Source: a virus. From it: a stretch of DNA of 43,383 nucleotides. The position numbers were made by a program, and so were the translations under genes. The stretch is from IMG/VR virus record IMGVR_UViG_3300030620_000002, positions 1 to 43,383 of that record. One strand, given 5' to 3'. Of the stretch, positions 39,118-43,383 are shown piece after piece (the stretch's first letter is position 1; each line of letters opens with the position of its first letter). A model generated the notes under the pieces. It saw only the letters and a list, made by a program, of their open reading frames with translations, had not been told where the DNA came from and did no database searches.

Positions 39118-39133
39118 CCGCTAGCGCTGGCGG
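39118..39133. promoter_or_regulatory. Operator candidate O2: CCGCTAGCGCTGGCGG (one mismatch from O1)
   Basis: Centre-to-centre spacing from O1 is 54 bp. A + strand TAGACT -10-like hexamer (39134-39139) follows immediately. Confidence 0.55.
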
Positions 39134-39178
39134 TAGACTCTGAGCCGACTCGCTCCGGACCGCCCACGCAGAATCAAC

Positions 39179-39236
39179 GACTTACGGGCGCCCCGCCGGC
39201 ACCGCACCCCTCCCCCGGGTGCGATTCGCGTAAGTC
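39179..39236 (+). other. Nested hairpin structure in the + strand leader (possible regulatory RNA structure)
   Basis: The outer stem pairs gacttacg (39179-39186) with cgtaagtc (39229-39236). The inner stem pairs cgcaccc (39203-39209) with gggtgcg (39217-39223), with a 7-nt C-rich loop. Confidence 0.4.
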
Positions 39237-39252
39237 CAGTGAATCCGCCAAC

Positions 39253-39882
39253 TTGCAGAGCCTCCAGGAGGCGCCCGAAGGGGCGCACCCTACCCCGCAC
39301 CCCCGGGGAGCCACGATCGGCGCTCCTGGAGCCTCTGAGGCGGTCCCGCTCGTCGAGGGCTGGGCCGGGCGCTACCAGACGCACTCCCGGCAGCCTGATG
39401 GCTCCTCAGCGGGCTCTGCGGGCTGGCAGGGCCTCGCGACCCTCCGCACCCCCGCCTGGCGCGGGCTGCGGCTCTGGGGCGCGGCGGAGACGGCACCACA
39501 GAGCGGCGCCCTCGTCGCCGACGCCCTCGAGACGTGGCAGGGGGCGGAGCTGGTGGGCGGGCTCCAGCTCGACGGCTGGCGGGTCGGCCCGTGGCAGGTG
39601 AGCCCCTCCGTGGCGGCCGGCGGCGTGGTCGCGCTCGGGAGCGACCGTGATCGGGTGCGGGTGACGCCGACGCTGCTCGCGGCGGGGGCTCGACTCGAGG
39701 GCTTCCCCGTGCGGCTCTACGTCGGCCTCGGGAGGCATGGAGCGACGAGCGACGGGCTCGTGCTCATCGCGGACGCGCTGGTGCGGCTCCCGAGCACTGA
39801 CGGGCGCCTTGCGTTGCACTCGCGCTGGATCAGCGGGGAGGCGGCGTCGTGGCGCTACGGGATCGTGGGGAGGTGGTGGTGA
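39253..39882 (+). CDS. Hypothetical protein (start uncertain: TTG 39253 or GTG 39553)
   Basis: GC3 is about 80-90% in this frame from roughly 39253 and about 67% upstream of it. TGATG coupling to the next gene. No ATG in the frame. Confidence 0.4.
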   Translation: MQSLQEAPEGAHPTPHPRGATIGAPGASEAVPLVEGWAGRYQTHSRQPDGSSAGSAGWQGLATLRTPAWRGLRLWGAAETAPQSGALVADALETWQGAELVGGLQLDGWRVGPWQVSPSVAAGGVVALGSDRDRVRVTPTLLAAGARLEGFPVRLYVGLGRHGATSDGLVLIADALVRLPSTDGRLALHSRWISGEAASWRYGIVGRWW

Positions 39883-40250
39883 TGGACGCCCTACTCATCC
39901 TCGCAGCCTGCGGGCTCGCCCTCATCGTCATCGACTGGATCGCGGCGAGCCGGCGGGCCTCCGAGGACCCCTACTGGATCCGCGTCCGCAAGCGAGCCCG
40001 GGAGCTGGGCTCGGATGGGTGCACGGGTGGCGGCGCCCTCTTCCGCGACTGCTGCCTCGAGCACGATATCCACGAGCGCACCCACCGCACGCCCGACGGA
40101 CACCCGATCACCGAATACGAATCAGACCGGCGTTTCCTCCACTGCATGCAGCGGCGCTCCTTCGTCGGCTGGTGGACGCCGATAGGGTGGAGCCGGTACG
40201 CCGCCGTCCGCATCTGGCGGCGCTGGCGCGCGTGGCGGGCGGGGAGCTGA
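39882..40250 (+). CDS. Membrane-anchored protein with a PLA2-like CC..HD motif (122 aa)
   Basis: TM segment MDALLILAACGLALIVIDWIAA, then DGCTGGGALFRDCCLEHDIHERTH. Confidence 0.55.
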   Translation: MDALLILAACGLALIVIDWIAASRRASEDPYWIRVRKRARELGSDGCTGGGALFRDCCLEHDIHERTHRTPDGHPITEYESDRRFLHCMQRRSFVGWWTPIGWSRYAAVRIWRRWRAWRAGS

Positions 40251-40254
40251 GGGT

Positions 40255-40725
40255 GTGGACGAGATCGGACAGGGGCTCAAAGCCATCGCCGCCCTCGACC
40301 CCCTTGGGATCGCGCTCGTCATCATCCTCGTCCTGGCAATCGGTGCCGTTTGCGCTCTTGCAATCGCTTGGAAGCGTGGCTACTTCCGCTCGCACACAGA
40401 CCTCGCGCGGCGCTCCGCGGAACTCGCGCGGGACATCGCGACCGTGCAGCGTGACGTGCATCAGCTCCAGTCGGACTGGCGCACCCTGGAGGGGAGGCTG
40501 GACGTGTTCGCGATAGATCAGGCGCGGTGGCAGCCGACGCTCGAGGAGGGGCGTCGCGTAGCGGATGACATCCAGCGCACGCTACGACGCCTGACGTCCG
40601 AGGTGGCCCGCCTCGGCGGAGTCACTTCGGCGCTGCTGACGATGGTCCAGCCGTCGACGCCGCACGGCGGGAATCAGGCGTTGGGTGTACTGGAGGAGAC
40701 CCCGGACCCGGAGCGTAGGAAGTGA
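40255..40725 (+). CDS. N-terminally anchored coiled-coil protein (i-spanin-like or holin-associated candidate, 156 aa)
   Basis: GTG with a GGGGAG RBS. TM segment LGIALVIILVLAIGAVCALAIAW, then a heptad-like region (DIATVQRDVHQLQSDWRTLEGRLD). Confidence 0.55.
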   Translation: MDEIGQGLKAIAALDPLGIALVIILVLAIGAVCALAIAWKRGYFRSHTDLARRSAELARDIATVQRDVHQLQSDWRTLEGRLDVFAIDQARWQPTLEEGRRVADDIQRTLRRLTSEVARLGGVTSALLTMVQPSTPHGGNQALGVLEETPDPERRK

Positions 40726-40937
40726 TCAGGACGCACACCTACGCGGTGCTCGAGGTGAGCCCCGCCGCGTACGAGGAGATCCGCTCCCTGCTCGAGGCCG
40801 CGGGCTACGGCCACGTCCGCGTCAACCGAGGCGGGCAGGTCCTGCTCGACATGCACGGCATCGCCCTGGCCCCTGACAGCTCGACCCGCGGGGGGGGCGT
40901 GGAGCCCCCCGGGGGCGGACCTCCGGGTGGGCCATGA
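40722..40937 (+). CDS. Hypothetical small protein (71 aa)
   Basis: GTGA coupling. MIRTHTYAVLEVSPAAYEEIRSLLEAAGYGHVRVNRGGQVLLDMHGIAL. Confidence 0.45.
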   Translation: MIRTHTYAVLEVSPAAYEEIRSLLEAAGYGHVRVNRGGQVLLDMHGIALAPDSSTRGGGVEPPGGGPPGGP

Positions 40938-41389
40938 GGACGCCCCCAGGGCCCCGCTCTGCGCTGAACGTCGGCGATCGGAGCGGCGACAACGAGGTTC
41001 TCGGCTGGACCCGGCGAGAGCTAACGATCCCGCGGGCGATCGTCGATGCCTCGGAGCTGGCGGCCGCCCTCGTTCTCGACCTGGTAGAGGCCAGGGTGCC
41101 GCAAGTCGGGACAGCACTCGACGAGGTCGCGGTCCGCCTCGGTCGTGCCGCCTCACGAGCGTTGCAGCGGCTGGTGGCCGATGAGCGGCGAGCCGCGCGG
41201 CGCTGGGGCAAGACGAAGCGGAGGCAGGGGTCCCGACGTCGCGGCCGAGCGGCCCCGGCGGGGGCACCCCCCCCGGTGGCCTGGGTCCTCCCACGGGCCC
41301 GGGCCGAACGGGTTGCCCCCCCCGCGGATATTTTTCAGTCTCCGGCCCCGCCCGGGGGGCATTGGGCATTCAGGTGGGCGGGGCAGTAG
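40934..41389 (+). CDS. Hypothetical protein (151 aa); the 3' third overlaps the candidate cos region and may not be coding
   Basis: ATGA coupling. The first ~95 aa have ordinary composition; the tail is Arg/Pro-rich. Confidence 0.4.
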   Translation: MRTPPGPRSALNVGDRSGDNEVLGWTRRELTIPRAIVDASELAAALVLDLVEARVPQVGTALDEVAVRLGRAASRALQRLVADERRAARRWGKTKRRQGSRRRGRAAPAGAPPPVAWVLPRARAERVAPPADIFQSPAPPGGHWAFRWAGQ

Positions 41390-41400
41390 GCCGCCGGCCG
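41260..41400. other. Candidate cos/packaging-recognition region upstream of the Nu1-like gene
   Basis: Two C8 tracts (41267-41274 and 41316-41323) share a similar context. An isolated AT patch ggatatttttcagtctcc lies at 41326-41343, and a G6 tract at 41354-41359. The position corresponds to lambda cos. Confidence 0.3.
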
Positions 41401-41958
41401 GCCCCGGCGGCGTCTCCCTCCAGCTCGAGGCCGCGGCTCACCCGCGTGCAGTTGGCCGAGGCCCTCGGGTGCAACGTCCGGACGCTGGCGAAGTGGCTGG
41501 AGGAGGGGATGCCGGTCGTCCGCCGCGGCCGCGGCGGGCGCGCATCCCTCTACGACGAGGTCGAGGTGCGCGCCTGGCTCGAGGCGCGCGAAGAGGCGGC
41601 GCGCGGCGAGGAAGGCCCTCTGGTCCTCGAGCACGAGCGCGCCCTCAAGGAGCACTGGCTTGCGCTCGTCAACAAGCAGACGTACCTCACGCGTGAGCGC
41701 CAGCTGATCCCCGCGGCCGAGGTAGAGGTGGCCCTATCGCGTGAGCGCGACGCGGTGAGGGCGAAGGTCCTCTCGATCTACACGACGAGAGCGGACCGGC
41801 TGCACCGGATCGCCACTCTCGAGGGCGTCGCCGGAGTCGAGGAGGAACTCCGACAGATCGGGCACGAGGTCCTGCGCGAGCTCGCGGAGCCACCCGAGGA
41901 CGAGAAGCCCGGGGAGCCGCGCCGGCGCCGGCGCAGCAAACGCAAGGGTGACGGGTGA
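41362..41958 (+). CDS. terS: Terminase small subunit, lambda Nu1-like (wHTH N-terminus); the true start may be GTG 41446
   Basis: LTRVQLAEALGCNVRTLAKWLEEGMPVVRRGRGGRASLYDEVEVRAWL parallels lambda Nu1 (KKQLADIFGASIRTIQNWQEQGMPVLRGGGKGNEVLYDSAAVIKWY). GTGA coupling to terL. Confidence 0.8.
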   Translation: MGIQVGGAVGRRPAPAASPSSSRPRLTRVQLAEALGCNVRTLAKWLEEGMPVVRRGRGGRASLYDEVEVRAWLEAREEAARGEEGPLVLEHERALKEHWLALVNKQTYLTRERQLIPAAEVEVALSRERDAVRAKVLSIYTTRADRLHRIATLEGVAGVEEELRQIGHEVLRELAEPPEDEKPGEPRRRRRSKRKGDG

Positions 41959-43383
41959 CCGTCGCGGCCGCCGCCGGCGGCGACGAGGTCGAGCTCTCGC
42001 CACGGACACGCGAGATGGTGCTCCGGGTGCGCGCCGGGTACGCGCCGCCTCCGGAGCTCCGCGTCTCCGAGTTCGCCGATCGCGAGCTGATCGTCACGAC
42101 GGGTCCGCTCGCACAGACGAAGTGGCAGACGGACTTCGCGCCGTACCAGCGGGGGATCCTCGACGTGTTTCACGCGCTCGGGATCGAGATCGCGGTTGTC
42201 CAGGGCAGCTCGCAGTGGGGGAAGACCTCCTGCGCGGTTTGCCTGGCTGCGTACCACATCCGACACGACCCCTGCCCCATCCAGGCCGTCCTCCCGACCG
42301 TGGATCCGATGGCGAAGGACTTCGCGCGGAACCGGCTCGAGCCCGTGATCGAGGCGAGCCCCGCGTTGCGCGAGGTGGTGGCCAAGAAGCGAGCGAAGGA
42401 CCAGTCAAACACGATCCTCAGCAAGACCTTCAAGGGCGGCTCGATCGCGATCGGCGGCGCCAACTCCGCCGCGTCGCTCGCCGCCCGCTCGACGCGCGTC
42501 CTCCTGCTCGACGAGGTCGATCGCTACCCGCTCGAGCTCCCCGGCGAGGGGAACACGATGTCAATCGCGCTAAAGCGGACACAGGCGTACCGTCGCCGGC
42601 GGCGCGTCCTGATCACCTCGAGTCCCACGCTCAAGGGCGGGACGATCGACACCTGGTTTCAGCGCGGGGACCAGCGGCACTACTTCGTCCCCTGCCCCGC
42701 CTGTGGGCACATGCACCGCTTCGAGTGGCGCAACGTCGTGTGGAAGAACGAGGACGCGCGCACCGCCCGGCTCCGCTGCCCATCGTGCGAGCACCTCATC
42801 TCCGACGCCGAGCGGGTCGCCGTCCTGATCCGGGGCGAGTGGCGGGCCGCGAGGCCGGACCGGCCGGAGAGGCACGTCGCGTCCTTCCACCTCTGGGAGG
42901 CCTACTCGCCACTCTCCTCGCTCCCCGAGATTGTCTCTGGCTTCCTCCACGCCCGGAAGCAGCAGAAGGCCGGCGACCACTCCGAGATGCACACCTGGCA
43001 GAACACCACTCTGGGCGAGCCGATCGAGCTCGACGCGGGCGAGGGCGTGGAGCCCCACACGCTGATCGCGCGCCGCGAGGTCCCCGAAGAGGAGGCGGAC
43101 ATGCCGGCGGGTGCGGTGTGCCTGACCATGGGCGTCGACACCCAGGACGACCGGCTCGAGCTGCTGGTGACGGGGTGGGGGATCGGAGAGGAATGCTGGC
43201 TCGTCGACCGGCTCACGCTGCCCGGGGACACGTCCCGGCTCCCCGAGCCGGGGGACCCCGAGTCGCAGCAGGCGAGCCCGTGGAAGCTCCTCGACGAGGC
43301 CCTCGACCGAGAGTACCTCCACCCCAGCGGCCAGGCCCTGGGGATCTCGTCGACGTGCATCGACTCGGCCGGCCACCGGACGA
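41955..43383 (+). CDS. terL: Terminase large subunit, lambda gpA family, N-terminal part (continues at base 128 after the 127-bp overlap)
   Basis: GTG 41955 overlaps the terS stop. TKWQTDFAPYQRGILDVF...VVQGSSQWGKTS...LLLDEVDRYP...CPACGH...RCPSCEH are gpA-family features. The frame is open to the window end and in phase with frame 1 at base 1. Confidence 0.92.
   Translation, partial: MTVAAAAGGDEVELSPRTREMVLRVRAGYAPPPELRVSEFADRELIVTTGPLAQTKWQTDFAPYQRGILDVFHALGIEIAVVQGSSQWGKTSCAVCLAAYHIRHDPCPIQAVLPTVDPMAKDFARNRLEPVIEASPALREVVAKKRAKDQSNTILSKTFKGGSIAIGGANSAASLAARSTRVLLLDEVDRYPLELPGEGNTMSIALKRTQAYRRRRRVLITSSPTLKGGTIDTWFQRGDQRHYFVPCPACGHMHRFEWRNVVWKNEDARTARLRCPSCEHLISDAERVAVLIRGEWRAARPDRPERHVASFHLWEAYSPLSSLPEIVSGFLHARKQQKAGDHSEMHTWQNTTLGEPIELDAGEGVEPHTLIARREVPEEEADMPAGAVCLTMGVDTQDDRLELLVTGWGIGEECWLVDRLTLPGDTSRLPEPGDPESQQASPWKLLDEALDREYLHPSGQALGISSTCIDSAGHRT
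43257..43383. repeat. Terminal direct repeat, exact copy of 1-127
   Basis: Identical 127-nt string at both window ends. Confidence 0.97.

Larger units (their letters stand above)
1..43383. mobile_element. Complete temperate siphovirus-like phage genome (circular contig, 43,256 bp unique)
   Basis: Full packaging, head, tail, lysis, replication, integrase and immunity modules are present. An exact 127-bp overlap joins the two window ends, and the terminase large subunit ORF is continuous across that junction. Confidence 0.9.

Noticed and set aside
37978-39252. A + strand ORF starting with GTG 37978 (GTGA-coupled to the lipoprotein gene; VSSGLAVCSGCGREVHQDGERPPDW...). It stays open in the same frame all the way to 39882.
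   Set aside because: The frame has no stop for 1.9 kb. It runs antisense through three minus-strand genes that have about 88% GC3 and their own promoter, and its middle translation is Arg/Gly/His/Pro-rich junk. Only the last ~210 codons (from about 39253) look coding. A short Cys-containing peptide at 37978 cannot be excluded, but it has no stop of its own.

Overview
This high-GC 43,383-bp window is a circularly closed contig. Bases 1-127 are identical to 43257-43383, so the unique length is 43,256 bp. It reads as the complete genome of a temperate, lambda-like siphovirus or excised prophage.

Gene order, running through the junction:
- Packaging and head: Nu1-like small terminase, gpA-like large terminase (split across the window ends), gpW-like protein, lambda-family portal, two small inserted genes (one a LexA-N-terminal-like wHTH), an HK97-type prohead protease fused to the major capsid protein, and two tandem DUF2190 decoration-like paralogs.
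- Tail: connector and tail-completion genes, tail tube, G/GT chaperone with a G_GGA_AAA -1 frameshift, tape measure, and LamG/CBM-type tail fibre genes.
- Accessory arm: a minus-strand block, a P4-type tyrosine integrase next to a low-GC attP candidate, and moron-like lipoprotein and membrane genes.
- Early region: a divergent RHH / Fis-HTH switch, then a long translationally coupled operon. It holds an Xis-like HTH, many Cys-rich small proteins, a scarred segmental duplication, a ParB-like protein, ASCH, an ACP-like protein, SPFH, an initiator with an embedded iteron origin, a HerA/FtsK-like ATPase and RusA.
- Lysis region: a GH108 endolysin and membrane or lipoproteins.

Most unusual items:
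1. An operator-controlled three-gene minus-strand cassette of orphan proteins sits inside the lysis/late block (38125-39140).
2. A 48-bp perfect inverted repeat brackets 465 bp inside the ParB-like gene.
3. A coupled ASCH / ACP-like / SPFH trio lies in the replication module.

All family assignments come from motif recognition by eye; no database search was possible. I saw no rRNA, tRNA or CRISPR array.
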